Part shown: one piece after another, positions 38,166 to 53,946 of the stretch | Layout: every line of letters begins with the position of its first letter | Numbering within the stretch: position 1 is the first letter of the stretch | Notes under the pieces: generated by a model | Told to the model about the DNA's origin: nothing | The model's database searches: none | The model's input: the letters and a program-made list of their open reading frames with translations, nothing else | Made by a program: the position numbers and the translations under genes | Source: Eledone cirrhosa | Lineage: Eukaryota | Length of the DNA stretch: 64,000 bases | Direction of reading: 5' to 3' | Assembly (NCBI GenBank): GCA_964016885.1 | Contig: OZ024741.1 | Location: 366,978,001-367,042,000, forward strand

Positions 38166-38746
38166 TATTAAACACCTTTTGATACAAAACTGCCCCCTGA
38201 TTCGGTGAAGCAACTGTTTTATTTATCTAAAAACCTTCCTTCATAATATTATGCAAGAACCTGTTGTTAAGCTATGTTCCAAACTCCAGCTTTATAACGA
38301 GAAAGGTACTTATTTTATTAAATCCATTCAAATTCTTGATTATTTTCAAAATGATTTGAAAATTATAGGGCAGAATCTTTTATTAGGAATATAGTAATGA
38401 AAGGGTTAAGTTCTTTGTGTTAGTATCAGCTTTATAAATATAAGCAAACATTCTCTACAGAATATTTGTTGAACTATATATTAGCTATTATTTTTGGCAG
38501 TTTTGTTAATATATTTCTAATATCGTAACAAAAGGATTAAAAGACACTGCTATGATTTTGAAATAACTTTTAAAATAATCAAGAATTTGAGGAGATTAAG
38601 TAATATATAACACTCTCTCATTATTATTAAGCTTACATAATTTTGATACGTTTTTAGATAAATGTAAGCATATTAAAATAGTTTTGTATTATAAATCTAG
38701 AGATGTCTTCAGTAAGTTTGATATTTAAAAAGGTTAAAACAAATAG

Positions 38747-38794
<48 letters not shown>

Positions 38795-40482
38795 CGGTGT
38801 CCCAGCATGGTCTCAGCCGGATGGCTGGAACAGGTAAAAGAGTATATATATATATAGTTACTCATGCTTCGTTATTTACTGTTTCACTGTTTGGCACAAC
38901 TTACCTCCCTTGCTTTGAATAAAAAATGTCAACTACTAAGTAAGATAAATATAACATTTTTCTCTTGTTTACCACCCTTAGTTATAGTATATATGTTCTT
39001 CATTGTCAGAATTTTAAGTAGTAAAACTTGTAAGAACTTTTTCCTCAGAATGTAGAAAGCCTGACTAATATATTCTTTTACTGGTTTCAGTCATTAGATT
39101 ATGATCATGCTAGGACACCACCTTAAAGGGATTTAGTCAACGATATCGGCCCCATTACTTTTTTTTTTTTTCAAGTCTAGTACTTATTTTATCTCATTTT
39201 TGTTGAACTACTAAATTATGGGATATAACACATACACACACAAATGTAAACATGTATGTGTATATATATATGATAAGCTTCTGCAGTTTCCATCTCAAAT
39301 TACACACAAACCCATTGGTCAACCTGAGGCATATATTAGCAAGCACTTGCCCATACACAGGTTTACAAAGCAAACTCATGGTTTGATAAAAGCCAGATCA
39401 ATAAAATAAGTACCAGGCTTGAATAAATATGTACTGGCATCAAAATGATCAATTAAATCCCTTTAACTTAGTGCTCCAGCATAGTTGCAGTTGAATGATT
39501 GAAAGTAGTAAAATAATTTTAAATATATATATATATACTTACAGTACTTGCTTTTCCTGTTATTGAAATAGTGACTTCCTGTCTAAATATAATCAATGGT
39601 TTCATTACCAGTAACTTAAGGAGCTTCTGTAGTATCAAATTACGAGTGGTCAACTATCCAAATTATTAGAGTAAAAAAAAAAATTGTTTCAACTTTGTGT
39701 GTGTATAGATTGTATAATGATTTAGATTTTAAAGAGTTATGTTTGTTACAGGTTGTCATGTTTATAATCACATCCACTACCTCTTGAATTTGTGTCAATT
39801 AGGCCTTTACCAGTTTCAGGTTGAAATTTTCCCATTCTTTCCCACAACTTATTTGTTTCAAAGCAGTATATTTATATGAAGCATTGTAGAATACATGGTT
39901 AGGATTGTTTTGGGTGAATGATGAAGTGGGGGGGGGGGGGAACATACAAAGACAGGTGGATGGAGAGAGGGAGATGAAATAGAACAGGACACAATGATGA
40001 AAATAATCTTTTTTTTTTTTCCGGCATATTTAAATGTGAATGAATGGATTTTTGTTGGTTCTGATGATGAGTGTTTCTATTGCTCAATTAACAGAATAGC
40101 CTGCTCATGGAATTGGGTAAGTGGCTGACTATTCCACAGGCGTGTACCCTTATTGTAGCTTTCAGGGAGATTCAGGATGACAAGACTGGCTCATTGAATT
40201 ACAGGTGCAGGCTATCCAATAGGTTTCCACACAGTTTCTGTCTATTCAATTTCTCTTACAAAGCTTGGGCTGAGGCCAGAACCCAATGATTTTGAAGCAA
40301 ACTCCTTAACCATGCTGTGTCGGATATAGTTTTTGTCTTCCCAATTTCACTTGCAATACATGGATCAACCCATCGCCCTGTGACATCAAACCCAGCATCC
40401 AATGATGGTACAGCAAACTCCCTTGACCATTTGGTAATGCTGCATCCTTAAATGTAAGGCACTAGCATAAAAGATACTTTCT

Positions 40483-40628
40483 TGTAGAGCGTCAGACACT
40501 ATGCTTTGTGACATGGGGCCCATTACGTTCTGAGTCCAAATCCCGCCATGGTTAGCTTTGCCTTTCATCATTACGGGGTTGATAAAATAAAGCAAATTGC
40601 TGGCCTTGTGCCTATAGTAGAAATCATT
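40483..40628 (+). mobile_element. SINE family A, internally deleted
   Basis: GAGTCCAAATCCCGCC..GCCTTTCATCATTACGGGGTTGATAAAATAAAG..GCTGGCCTTGTGCC. Confidence 0.85.
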
Positions 40629-41309
40629 ATTAGATATGGATGAATAGGATAATGCTGACATATTTTTGTTATAATTATTTACTGACAGGGTAAATAACTA
40701 TGAAACTAATTATTACTCTTTTATAGTGGAAAATGAGAAATTAAGAAGCATTCTGAACATTTTCATAATCTTGTTCTTAAATATTACCTATGAAATATTT
40801 AACTCTTGGTACAGAACTATTTTTAAATATTTATATTTAAAACCCTTTTTAGAAGTTCTCCTGTATAAGGAGGGCTGTATCACTATACTATGTACACCAC
40901 ATATAAATGTGTGTGTGTACATGTGTACATATATATAATGGATGTCCCTCACTTTTTCTTCCAGTCATCTGATCCACATAAAACCCCACAGTCTATGTAA
41001 CCTGTCCTTGTAATGTTCCATTCATCTTGCACCATTGTGGAAAATAAATGAATTCATTCTTCTTATTATAAGTAGTAGTGGTAACAGTATATATATATAT
41101 TATGAAAGGAAAGTTTGTGGTACAGCACCATTTGCATTTTTGATCTTGTCTTTCCAATTTTCAGCTCAATACTTAAATACAAGTAAATTTAATCAATTTT
41201 GTAGATTCGATCATATCAGAAAATCTTGGGTGTTATATGTGTGTGCGTTTGTGTATCTGTGTGTGTATATGTATCTGATTGTGTGTGTGTATATACACAC
41301 ACGCGCGCG

Positions 41310-41357
<48 letters not shown>

Positions 41358-42696
41358 AGTGATTCAGATATAAGTTATTGATATAATACATTGAAGCATT
41401 AACAGTTGAGCATTGCCTCACTCTTTGATTTATGTCTTTAAATATCTTTCACTTGCAATGGTGGTGGTGGGTGGATGAAAATAACTGAAATGAATATATT
41501 TGAGTAAATGTCTATTTTATTTTTTGGGTTGTTAGGTGGGGTGGGGGTAACTTATAATTTAATGTGTGATTGATAGCTGTTTTGATAGATTATTTTTTCC
41601 ATATTCATATAATGACATTTAATAGCTTGTTGGTTTTCATATATATTATATGTGCAATGATTGCATTGTGTTTGTTTAGCATAGGATAGAAAGATATATT
41701 GATGAGGTTGTCACCTTTATATAATATATACTAGAGAGCTGTAATATTCAGCTGGCATTACTGAGCTAGATATTGCTATTATAGCTCATAATTATGTAGG
41801 TTTAGCTTGCATCTCATTGGCAGTTTCTCTGGTTCTTTAATGATAGGAAACCCCGTCATGTTATGAAAAGACTCAACTCTGGAGCTGATGTCAACCGATT
41901 GCAAGAGTTAGCTCACAGCTCCTGTTGTTATTAATTTTTTTCCAGCTGAATGGACTAGAACAACATAAAATGAAGTCCAGGAATTGAACCATGACCTTTA
42001 ATCCTTTTGTTACCATATTTCCGATGAATTATACTGTGTTCCAAATAATTTGGAAAATAATCCAAAATTAAAAGTAATTTAATAATTTTTCCATTACTTA
42101 ACAGAAATTTCTTAAATTAAATTATGATTGAAGGTTCTAATATAAATATGAACATTGGCAATTTTGTATTATAAGACCAAGACCAGTTTCAAGCAAGTTG
42201 GTATAAAAAGGGTTGTGATAAAAAATAAAAAATGTTTGCATGAAACATCTGGATTAGGGTTTATGGATTTTCTTGTATTCCCTACTAACCCTTTTTGATA
42301 CCAGACTGTCCTGGTTTTTATGGAACTAAGCCATCCATTTTAAATAGATCCTATTTAGATTAAAATCTTCCAACATTATTTTATATAAGAACCTTTTGTT
42401 TTGCTAGAAATAGAAATACCATTTTAATAATTGAACAATTTTAGTAAATCTCACCAGATTCTTCATTAATTCATTCAGGTACAATGTATTTTAGGAGAAA
42501 TATGGGTCTTACAACCACTCATAGTTATGACCATTTATATTTCTGTGGTATCTGTTATGCTTCAACACTTAGATTCAAATATTCCTACATCCGAACCTAT
42601 ATACTTAGAGGAAAAAAAACCATGTTTGGGTAAATACGTATAATAATGCATTACAGGAAAAGATAAAAGGAAGTGTATTAGTTATGTAGTAGTGTG

Positions 42697-42940
42697 AAGG
42701 CACATGGCCTTAGTGGTTTGACTCATTGTATGGCCACGAGTATAATTCCCTGGGGTATGTTGTGTCCTTGAGCAAGACACTTTATTTCAGATTGCTCCAT
42801 TGCACTCAGCTGGCAAGAATGAGTTGTACCTGAGAACCACATTCAGGGTATATGGCCATCCACTTGTATGTTAATTTTACAAGCAGGCTGTTCCGTTGAC
42901 TGAATCAACTAAAACACTCATCATCGATACCAACAGTCCA
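42697..42940 (+). mobile_element. SINE family B
   Basis: AAGGCACATGGCCTTAGTGGTT head, then GTGTCCTTGAGCAAGACACTTTATTTCA..CACTCAGCTGGCAA core. Confidence 0.75.
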
Positions 42941-45900
42941 ACACATACACACACAACATATAAATTATGCATATAAAGTACTCTCCTCCCCAGCTCATAA
43001 GTTAAGGTGTTCATGTTATGTCCATTTTGACATTTGGTTGGAACAGCCCAGTTGTAAGTCGGGGAGTACCTGTTTTTATATCTGCCCCAATTTAAGGGGT
43101 AGTTACTGCCAGACAGCAATAACTGCATATTCTTCTCTCTGAACACATAGACATATACAATGGCGTTGCCAAGCTGGCTACTGTATGTGTTTGTGTGTTA
43201 ATACGAACATTTTGCCATAGGCAGACAGAACCCTGATTATTATAATTGACAAGCAAAAGAATTTCTTGCTTCAGGTTAATGCCACCAACTTGGTTTGAAA
43301 TATATCCTTAGCAATTAAGCCATTGCACCATTTCTCTTTTAACCTTTTCATTTCCAAATCTATAATGAAATACACTGTAATTTGGAGAGATTAAATAATA
43401 TAACTTCCTTGTTATTAAGTTGGTGTTAGGAACTTAAAAGGTTTTTACATAAATACATAAAATTATAATAGAAAGTTTTAGATAAAATGTAAACATTTTA
43501 AAACAAGTTTTGTATCATAGAAGTAGGGACAGTTTCGGGCAGCTTGGTATTAAAAAGGGTAAAGTAATTTTCTAATTGGTTGGTTAATTTTGTATCACAT
43601 CATTTACAAAGAACAAATGTTGCAAATAATGATTTATTTTAACAATTTCATGTTATAGGTTACAGGGTGGAGAATTGTATACTACATAATTTTCTCCAGT
43701 AAATTTACAAAAACTGCTTCTGGTTCTTTGATACAAAGCTATTTATTATCCAGTGCTTATATTTAGATAAATATAAATATTTCAGAACAGCTTTGAATCA
43801 AAAGGGTTAAATTTTAAATTTGCAAGTTTGTGTTGAGGGAGGGATAGGAGACTGGTATATTAAATGGGTTTGTATGAAGTGTATTCTACAGTCAAACTCA
43901 GAAGCAAAGAATGCCTTATGGTAAAAGAGAGAGGTTACTCTTTTTGTTACCAACCCATCTGAAACTGATCATAGCTCTGATACGGAGCTGTGTGTTTTAA
44001 AGTCTTATTTAGATTGACTCTTAACATCCTGTACTGCATGAAACTGCATGAGCAAGATATTCTTGAAAAGTATAGTGTCTGAATTTTTATTTTTGTTTAC
44101 TGTAAATTTTCTCAATGATCTGTCTACTGGAGAAAACTATAAACATTTGAATTAACAAATATGTTTTTAGGTTAAATTATTACAGGATGTAAGAACCTTT
44201 TAATTTATGTTCCATTCAGCAGCTTAATAATAATGTTAAGCTGCATTACTAAATTCCTTCCAATTGCTTGTTTTTGTTCAAAATAACAATTGATAAGTAG
44301 TGGATTTCATGAAAAATATAGAAACAAAACTGCTGTAGTGTTTGTGTAAGGGCTTACCTACCTGGTGGACACTTTTATATATTTTTTTAGATGCACCATC
44401 TCAGATTAGGAGAGCAGGTGTAGTTGAGGTTTGTAGTCAGTAGCTGTTCAGAGCTGTAGTTGTAAATGAATATTGAAGCTACATTTATAAATACATGTCT
44501 TTGCCAGTTATGTGTATATATACATACACCCTTTTTCTCTTGTAAAGAGAAGTAGGGTATAATCTGTTTAACATGTAATGTTACATGTACTTCTTATTTC
44601 ACACAACCTGGTTTGGTTGAAATACTCAACTAAAATCTATCTCAATGCTTTCACACTGAAATACTATGAAGTAAAGTCAAGTCAAGTATAGTAGCAAAAC
44701 AAATATTTAGCAAAGTACTAAAGATTATTTTACAAGTTGTTAGACCTAGTAGTTTTCATATAGGGGACTAAATTGTATCATATAACACTTTTTGATTTTA
44801 TTGATTATATTTTCACTTGTATTTTATTCCTGTTTTGATGGGGTTGCAAATTGGACATTTGCTCATGTTTTACTATCCTGAGTAGGCATTCACTCATGAT
44901 GGGTTGAGCTGGTTCCAACTAGTGAATGCATAGCATTGCAAACAGGCTCTCTATGTACAGCAATCACTGATGTCCAGCACAGATATTGTCAGCCAGTCAT
45001 GATTTCAATGGCAGACACCATATAAGTGAGGAACAGATATTAGCTCAAGATATGACTTGATTATACCAATCCATATTTTCAGAATGTGCAATCAAACCAA
45101 CAGGTGCCTTTTGAGTAGTTGTTGGAGAGAAGTGATCATTTTGGAGTTTGACACAAAATTCATTATTCATTGCTCTCATTTGCTATACCTCACAGTTATA
45201 TAAAAGTATGCTGCAAACAAACATTGGATGTTTTGAAAACGCACCTAATGCATTCTGTCATCTAAGGTCATACATATCACCTACATGTACATGAACACCC
45301 ATTTGTGGCTAGTGATGGTTCCATGATAAAATACTCTTTGCATTTTTAACCATGTGATAGTGCTGGTGCCATGATAAAATGCAGTTATGTGAATACTTCC
45401 AATACACTGTAAAGTTTTTGGTGTTAAGAAGGGCATTCAGCTGTATAAACCATATTGAAATATAAAAGCATATGAGCAAGGCATGGTTATCCAACCTGTT
45501 TTGTCTGGGACCTTAACAACTCTTCTAACAACCATGGCAGCATGGAAAGCAGACTTAAGATGATGATGATAAAATATTTTGTGTGTGCTTCTGTATACAC
45601 ACACACACACACACACAGATTTGAAATTGTTTATTACAACAGAAGATGGAAGTTGAAACTAGGACATATAAAATATAATCTGTACAAAGATAATCAGACA
45701 GGTAGAAAGAATAAAAAAAGATTGCCTGCTTGTAATTTTTGAAAATCATTTAATATATGTTTAGAAGTTTGAATATTATGTTATATTTATAGACAAGATT
45801 CAAACACAACCCCATGCAAATGAGTTTACTTCTCTTGACTTAGTTTTTATTATGACTAAAATCTTACTGTTTCTCATCTTGGTTGGTGTCTCTAAATAAT

Positions 45901-48699
45901 TCTGTTTTCCATGTTTTAACCATTTTGATACTAATTCACCCCTGTGAAACAAATAGACCATAAATTTCTTTATTTAGATAACACATCATTATATAAAATT
46001 GATATTTGGTATATTTTACTTTATCAATTGTTGGATGGCATAAAAACCCTATTTAAAGATGTTTAACAACTAGGTCCTTGAAATAGAACTTGATCTTTGA
46101 GGAATTTGTTGACCAATTTGCTTTACAATTGGGTTCTGTCCCACTAACCTGGTGAGGAGTGACTATTACTAAATCCCTCCAAATTCTGAATTATTTAGAA
46201 ATGTTTTGTGAAGCTTTGGCAGTGTTTTTTGTTAAAAGTATGGTATGAAAGGGTGAATCTAAATTCTATATCTTAGACCCATGATATTCCAAATGTTGGC
46301 CTAAATATTTTAGCTCCTGAATCTAGTATATAATTTATGGGCAAATCAAATTTGTTATTGATGCTAATGACTTCACTTAGAGTATAATTCCTATTATATA
46401 TTTACTAACTCGGCTACTTCTCACTGTAAACTAACAAATGCATTTAAGGTAGTTCTTGATAATCACACAGTAATAGCAAATATTCATTCCATATATAAAT
46501 ATGTATCATATAAATATCAGATGTCATTTTTTATTCAATATTACCTGAATTTTGTTGTTTACGTATAACTCTCTCCTCTGTGATTATGGAAATCATTGAT
46601 TTTTCTTGGTAAGCCATTGATTGTCTTCAAAGTTGCTCTTAACCATATATCAAATCTATTTGATGTTTATTGCGTTATTTCTGACAAAGAGGGCAGATAG
46701 ACTGATGTATTTCAAGTTTGAAAAAAAGATAATTCCTTACCAAGGTGACAACTATTTCATCTAAGTGCTGTCTTCTTGCAGAATTTTTTTTAAAAATTTT
46801 AAACATTGCTTTGTGTGTGTATATGTACGCACACACATACTGGAGGTTTCTCTAGTCCTATTATTATTGATTTAGCATCAGCTGATTACTAAAATTGTTT
46901 CTTCTCACTGTTAGTATTTCGAATATATTTCAAATGATATTTGATCTGTGCTTTAATTTGCATTCTTTCCTGAAGGAAACCTTCAGCAACAAGATCACAC
47001 AAGTATATTTCTGTTATATTTGAGTTAATTTTTTTATGATTTAGTGATATTTTATTTTATTTTTGTTAATAAACCCAACTTCTGAGATTTCATTTGCTTG
47101 GATAACCTTTGAAAAATCCTGAGGTATTTTAGTGCAGGCAATTGATTTCACCTGTTCTATAGTGTTCATTTGCAATAATCATCATTTTTTTAGTAGATAC
47201 ACTATCACTCTGTCGTGAAAAAAAGAAAATGATTAAAAGGATTGGCACCAAGAAGAGTATAACACTGCTTCAAAAAGAACTCAATGGTGAGAAAAAGCCT
47301 GTCATGAAGCTCTTAAAGTTAACCCTTGTTTATCAGGAAAAATAGCCTTAAAATATTTGCTGCTATTGTATCATCATCATCATGTTTTTAAGTCCGCTCC
47401 CTGCTTGCATGGGCTGACAGGTCGTCTCCAAAACAGTATCCTGTTGCCCGTTGTGCTTTTTTGTCATCTCTTAAGAGGTTCAGCATTCTGAGATCAGCTT
47501 TAATCTCTTCTGTTCAGGGAGGAAATAGCAGTACTCAGGACCCTTTTTAGAGTCTTCAAGATTTATATGAATGAGGGAGAAAAGTGGATTGAAGCATGAA
47601 GTGTGCCTTGCTTAACATAAAATTGTGTATTGGTCATGGTATGCTACCCACTCAGTCACCAGGAATCAAACTCACAACCTTAAGACTGCTGGTCCAACAC
47701 CTTAACCACTAGGCTAATAACAGCCAATCATACCATATTGACATTTATGTCATTGTGGATGTCACTATACTACTACTTACTGACTGTAGATGTTTTGAGA
47801 CCAACCTGTTGTTGCTATGATGATTAGTTGAGAAATATTACGCAGCAGGTTAGCTAACTAGCTGTAAGAATGACACATTCTTCAAATAATATGTTTGCAC
47901 TTAGATCAATAGATATATCGAGTTTTACTTTGGAATTGATAACCATTCTCTGATCTATGAAATGCTATGTAATAGACAAAACTGTGACAATAGGGAAATA
48001 CCAAAAATGCATCTTATTTTCATAAAGAAAATCGAGAAAATCGTTCAATCTGTTAGCAAAGTAATCAATAAATTCATTAATGTTCACATGGGAATGAAAG
48101 ACAATCACCAAAATAAGAAGATATATGTATAATTTATAAAGTAAATTATGTATGTATCTTATCTTACAGTCTAGATGTCTAGATTACTCAAGGGTGTAAG
48201 TCTTATGAATTAAAAAGCAGATCTAATTTGGTATATTATATATGTCACAATAAAACAGAATATTGTGTCAAAACTTTAAGAATTAAAAAGTGTGTGTGTA
48301 TTTTATATATAATGTGTGATTGTATTTTGAAATATTCTGTAATCAATGTTCATAATTAAAAAAGAATATTCCCCATGCTTATGGTGTGTATAATACAAAT
48401 TGATCTGATACTATAAGAAGTCTCCAATGTATTAATTAGATCTAACCACTCATTCATTCTTTTTGAAATAAATAGATTTCATAATTAAGTGTCTTGTGAT
48501 TAAAGATATTTTGAAATTCACTTAATATCTTTTTCTATTAGAATGTTCAAGCAAGGCATATAGGGTTCTACTTGATCTCTACAAATTGCAGCATTTGCAA
48601 ATCTCTGAGACGATGCATAGCACAGTGTGTTTCATGATATGACTAGAGTGGGTGGCATTTTAAAACACCCAAGAAACCTCTCGCAACCTCAGGAGGCCA

Positions 48700-48865
48700 G
48701 TTGGTTGGACGTCATGCTTTGACGCATAGAGTTACGGCCCTTTCCATTCTGAGTTCAAATCCCGCCAAGGTCAACTTTGCCTTTCATCCTTACGGGGTCG
48801 ATAAAATAAAGTACCAGTAATGTACTTGGTAATTGCTGGCCTTATGCCAAAAGTAGAAACAATTA
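48700..48865 (+). mobile_element. SINE family A (unedited intronic copy)
   Basis: Near-consensus; no inverted family A partner nearby and no A>G cluster. Confidence 0.9.
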
Positions 48866-51800
48866 TTATTTTCATTTTTCATTTATTAAAACTGCATTTG
48901 TTTGTAGATTGTTATAGTGTCCCATTAGACATCTTATACTCCTCTTTCTGCTATAACTGACCATGGTTTGCACATGGTAATTTCCTGTCTGAGCCGGAAG
49001 CCTAGACAAGGTATTTTTGTGGAAGACCAGCAGTCACCTATACATGCCAGTCTCCCTTTTCCATGCCAATGATGTTGTCTAAGGGAAAGAAGGCAGAGGC
49101 CAATACAGCTTGGCTCCAGTGTCATTGCAGTATTTTTTCCAGCTTTGATGACTTGAGCAAAGTGAAATGAAAATGTCTTGCTCAAGGAAATGGCACACCA
49201 ACCAGTCTACGAATTGAACCCATGACCATACAATTGTAAGCCTAACACTCTAACCACTAATTATATTGAAGGGTACAATGAAGAGAAAAGGAGAGCCAGC
49301 TACGGGGACTTAACATGAACAATGACAGAGAGAGATCCAAACATAAATTATACATCCTAACCTCCATCACCAATTTCATTATTTTTTTTTACTTCAGTTT
49401 CCATATTTGCATTGATTGTACTGGATGGGCCCTCTCTTTGCAGCATCGGACATTAGTAAAATTTCTTATACTGCTTATGCTAAGAGCTAACAACTATTTT
49501 AAAACAACTGAGCATGTGTGTATGTGAGCGTATACCTAGGGTTTTTAGAATAGTTACACCATGTCCCTGCATGTCGTAAGAGATAAATAAAGAGTTGTGT
49601 TAGGAAGGGCATCCGACCATAAAACACTCAAAAAGTTCCATCGAACCCATACCAGCTTGGAAAATCACAAGTAAAAGCAATGATTATATATAATGCTGTA
49701 TGTATCCTAGTTTTTAGAATAGATCCCCACATAGACAACTAATAGGGTTGACATCAGAAAAGGCACCAGCTGTAAAACATTGTCTCAAAACATCCCTTTC
49801 AACCGATGCCAGTGTAAAAAGGTAGACATAAAACAATGAGGATGATATACAGCTCAAAACCTCTGTAGGTTTAGCCATCCGCCTATGAGGTCGCAATTCA
49901 TTGTGGGCACATGTCTTAGTGTTTTTATGATAGGGACATTGTCATACCATGTGTGTCTGCATGCACACATACACATGCATGTGTTAATATTTATATATTG
50001 TTTACTGTGCACCAACTATTTTCAGTAAAAATAACAAAATATCTTCAATTGCATTTTTTTTCCTTTTTCCAAAACATTTCCCAAAACACGAAGCAGTTTA
50101 CATAATTATTTTATTATTTTTTTTCTTATTATTATTATTAATCCATAGATATATCATTATACTCAGATTAGATTTCTAGTTCTAACTACTTCACTTATTC
50201 TGTTTATGTATTTGAAAAAGTATAATAAGCAGCCAACCACCATCCTTTCCCTAGTACTCTCTGAAGTCAGTAGGGCTGGTAAGATATATTGATGATCACA
50301 AAATGTCATATGATTGACAATTCCATCGATTAGATTTATAGTTGAATTTGTTGTAAACAAACTGGTCTAAGAATGCATTTGTACACAAACACACAAATAT
50401 ATACACATTCTTAACCAAAATGTGTATAACAAAGTCTGTGTGTTTGTTTATATAAAGTTTAAAAAATTATTCCAATGAAAGAAGTTTTCAAAATATCCAT
50501 ATACTAAAAAGCATACATTGTAAAGCATTCTCAAAGGTATGTTGTAATTTCACTGAACAGATATGTATAAGTTATGTATGCATCTGATTTGATTTGATTT
50601 GACTTGTTTGAATGAAACGATGATTTCGATCGAAATGGGTCATGGGAGTTTGCTTGTAGAATCTATATGTATTAATTTATAGGCGAGTGAAAAGGGAATT
50701 TGGAATCTCACTGTAAACCAAATTGATAGAGAGCCAAGTGGTAGGAGGAGGAAATATATCTATCTATGAAACATTTTACCATCACAAAAACTGATAAATG
50801 ATCTATTTCTGAAGAAAATCAAATATTTGTGGTATTTGCTCTTCAGTGTGACACATTGCACTAATGTACTGATTATCTAGAAATGGTTTTGCTTACGAGA
50901 TCGTATGAAACACGTTGGTCTATATCTATTATTTATATTGATTCTTTGTCAGTTTTCACTTCTTACTCCTATGGAATGTATTTTTGTGCCCACTTTGTCT
51001 GAAACATAAGATTTATTTTCCATAACTATACATGCAAGTCATAATCATTTATTAACCCTTTTGTTACCATATTGTTAATGAAATACGCTAGCAATGCGTT
51101 TCAATTATTTTAAGAATAATTGAAAATTTGGAGGAATTCAGTGAAATGTCTAACCTTTTCATTATTAACCCTTTTATTACCATATTTCTAATGAATGACA
51201 CTGATTATTATTTTTTTTTTTTTTCAAATAATTTTGAAAATCAGTAATTTGAAAGGTTTTAGTGATATGAGCTTTATCATCATTAAGCTGCAGTTTGGAA
51301 CATAACTTAAGAATTATGCTGGAAAGATTTTAGATAATTAATTATCTTTTAAAACAAGTAGGTGAAGATTCAGGCTTGTTGGTATTAAAATGGTTAAGAA
51401 AGTGTTTGAAATTGCAGTGTTTAGTTCCATCTCTCAGTGCTCTGCTCTACAGAGGAATCTTTTCTGTTACAAACATAAATATTAACAAACTAAAATACTC
51501 TCACCTTCTTTTATTGAATGGCTTGGTGCTAAGGGAATATTTTGATGTTTAGAAAATTGATTTTTATGCATAACACCTTTATTTAAATTTGTATTACATC
51601 AGCATCAGTTAATGTCCATTTTTTTCTGTTGGTAGAGTTTGTTAGCCTTGCAGGTCACTTAACAAGCTTCATAGCTATCATGAGGCCTTTTTTGATGTTT
51701 TACAGCTGGATGCCCTTCTTGGTGCCAACCCTTCTTGGTGCCAACCCTTTTAGATGTAGATACAATGTACCATGATTAACTGGATACATGCAGTACAGTA

Positions 51801-53946
51801 TAATGGATTAATATATTTCAATCATTTCAGCAAATACAAGAGACAACTTTAGATAAATTTCAGTGTTATTAAACCCATCTCTGTACTTGCCAAAGTAGTG
51901 GTGAATCGTGTGATAGATATAGAAAAATGTAACCTCTTTAGTGTTGGCAATCTGCATAATAAATGCACCCCGTTTATGCTGTAAAATAGTTGGTGATAGA
52001 AAGAACATTCAGCCACAGAAAGTTTTGCCAGACAAAGGGGTTGTGAGGATCCTTCAGTTGTGCCAAAAGACATGACAACATCGCTACTGCGGGTGCCACG
52101 ATAAAATACAGTTGGTACAACATGGAACTGTATGTGAGTGAGATACAGACCTCTGGTGTGTCTAAGAGGTTAGTAGCCTTGCTTCAGTACAGATTTGGTC
52201 TGTGAAAACCCAGCCAACCCTTGCTAGCAGGAAATGTGGACATTAAATGATGGTGATGATAAGGTATATGTGTGAGAATTTGTGTATTAAAAAATTTTTT
52301 TTTAAAGATTAATCTGTTGCTATCAGCCTATAAAAACAATTGCTATTGGATATTTTGATTAGGCAATGCCATTTGTCAATATGAGGAAGATAAGTTGGTT
52401 GGAGTTTGAATATCAATATGCTGCTTCAGATTGCTATTGATCCCGAGTTAACAAGCTGTGTTTCTGTTAATTAAGGTGTTTATTTTTAAATAAAAAAATA
52501 TTGATTGAAAATCTCTCGGCAAATGAATTATATAAAGTGAGATTTCAATTGGTAAAAATTTCCAACCTTTTAAAAGTTGCATTCTAAATATCAGCTTTAA
52601 TAATAATAATGATACAGTTTATCATTGTTAAAATGTGGATTATTTTTTTTGTCATCGTTATTGTCATGGCCATCATTATTACCACTACCGTCAGCATTAT
52701 TCATCATCATCACCAACACCATTGCTAGTTATGTTTGTTTTTCCACACTGGCAAGACCTGTCACCGGCCAAGACTAGACAAGTCAGAGAGACCTTATCTT
52801 GCTCAAACATTTCATATTTGGCATGGTTATTATGACTGGATGCTCTTCCTAAGTCACTTTACAGGGTGTACTGGGTGATTTTTTTTCTTTTTTTTTTTCT
52901 TTTGTGTCACCAGCACTATCATTTTACAGAGTGTATTGGGCACATTTTATTATGGCACCAGAGAATTCAACCAGATGTTGGCTTATTATTAAGTAAAGCA
53001 TGGATCTTCACATATCAAATTGCAGAGTAGTGAGATCTCGTTTACTTGTAATGTTGAATGTGAAGAAAAGGGATATCGACTCACATATGACAGGCATCGA
53101 TGGATCATCCCAAGGCTATATAGACACTTGCCCTAGGTGCTACACAGTGGGATAGTACCCAAAAGCTATTTATATATCTATTTTCTTAGGTTTTTGTTGA
53201 TTAGATTGGCATTGTACCTTGTGTGGTTGTGTAGTTAAGGGATTCTCTTAGCAACCATGTATTTTTTTTTTTTTTTTTGGTGTCCCCTATAGCCTCGAGG
53301 TAACTAATGCCTTGTGAGTGGAATTTGATAGAGCGAAACTACAGAAGCACATCGTATGTGTGTGTGTGTGTGTTTATTTCCCCTAACTTAGTTTAATAAA
53401 ATAAGTATCAAATTCAAAGAAAATGTACTAGGGTTGATATAACCGACTAAATCACTGTGGTATCTCAACATGGCTTCAGTTTGATGACTGAAACTAGTAA
53501 AAAATGAGCATATTACTGAAAAATGTTTGAAAGCTTGTTTGTTAGCCACTTGTAAACTTTAGGTTTTCAAACTAGTTGCTTACAGCAGGTTCAAGGATGT
53601 TTAGCTAACAACTTAGTCATGGTAAGGTTTAGTGAAGGAGAAACTCTCCTCCTCCTTGTCTCTCTTCCTCTGCCTTAACTCTCAATTAGATGTTTCTTAT
53701 ATATATTATTCAGTGTTACTTATGTATGGTATTGCCCAAGACATACATGGAGACCACAACTACTACCATCCACTTAACACTGCTCTCACACTAGCCACTT
53801 GTAACTTGAATTACTATCTCATCTTTTCTTCTTTTGTTGTGGTATGCTGGCATGTAAGTGTGTATTATTCAGATTTATTTAAAACGTAATATATATATAT
53901 AATCCACTTTTTTATATTCCTCCCATCTCTCATTTGTGGACTTTAA

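Noticed and set aside
36634-38213. Active reverse transcriptase gene
   Set aside because: ORF2 is broken over at least four frames, is 5'-truncated with no endonuclease domain, and abuts a MITE; a dead CR1 copy.
40043-40080. WIFVGSDDEC, resembling SRPK exon 3 (EILGSDDxEQED)
   Set aside because: It is the end of a minus-strand SINE B (homologous to ~12395-12450), with no EQEDP/DYCKGGYH continuation and no suitable acceptor.
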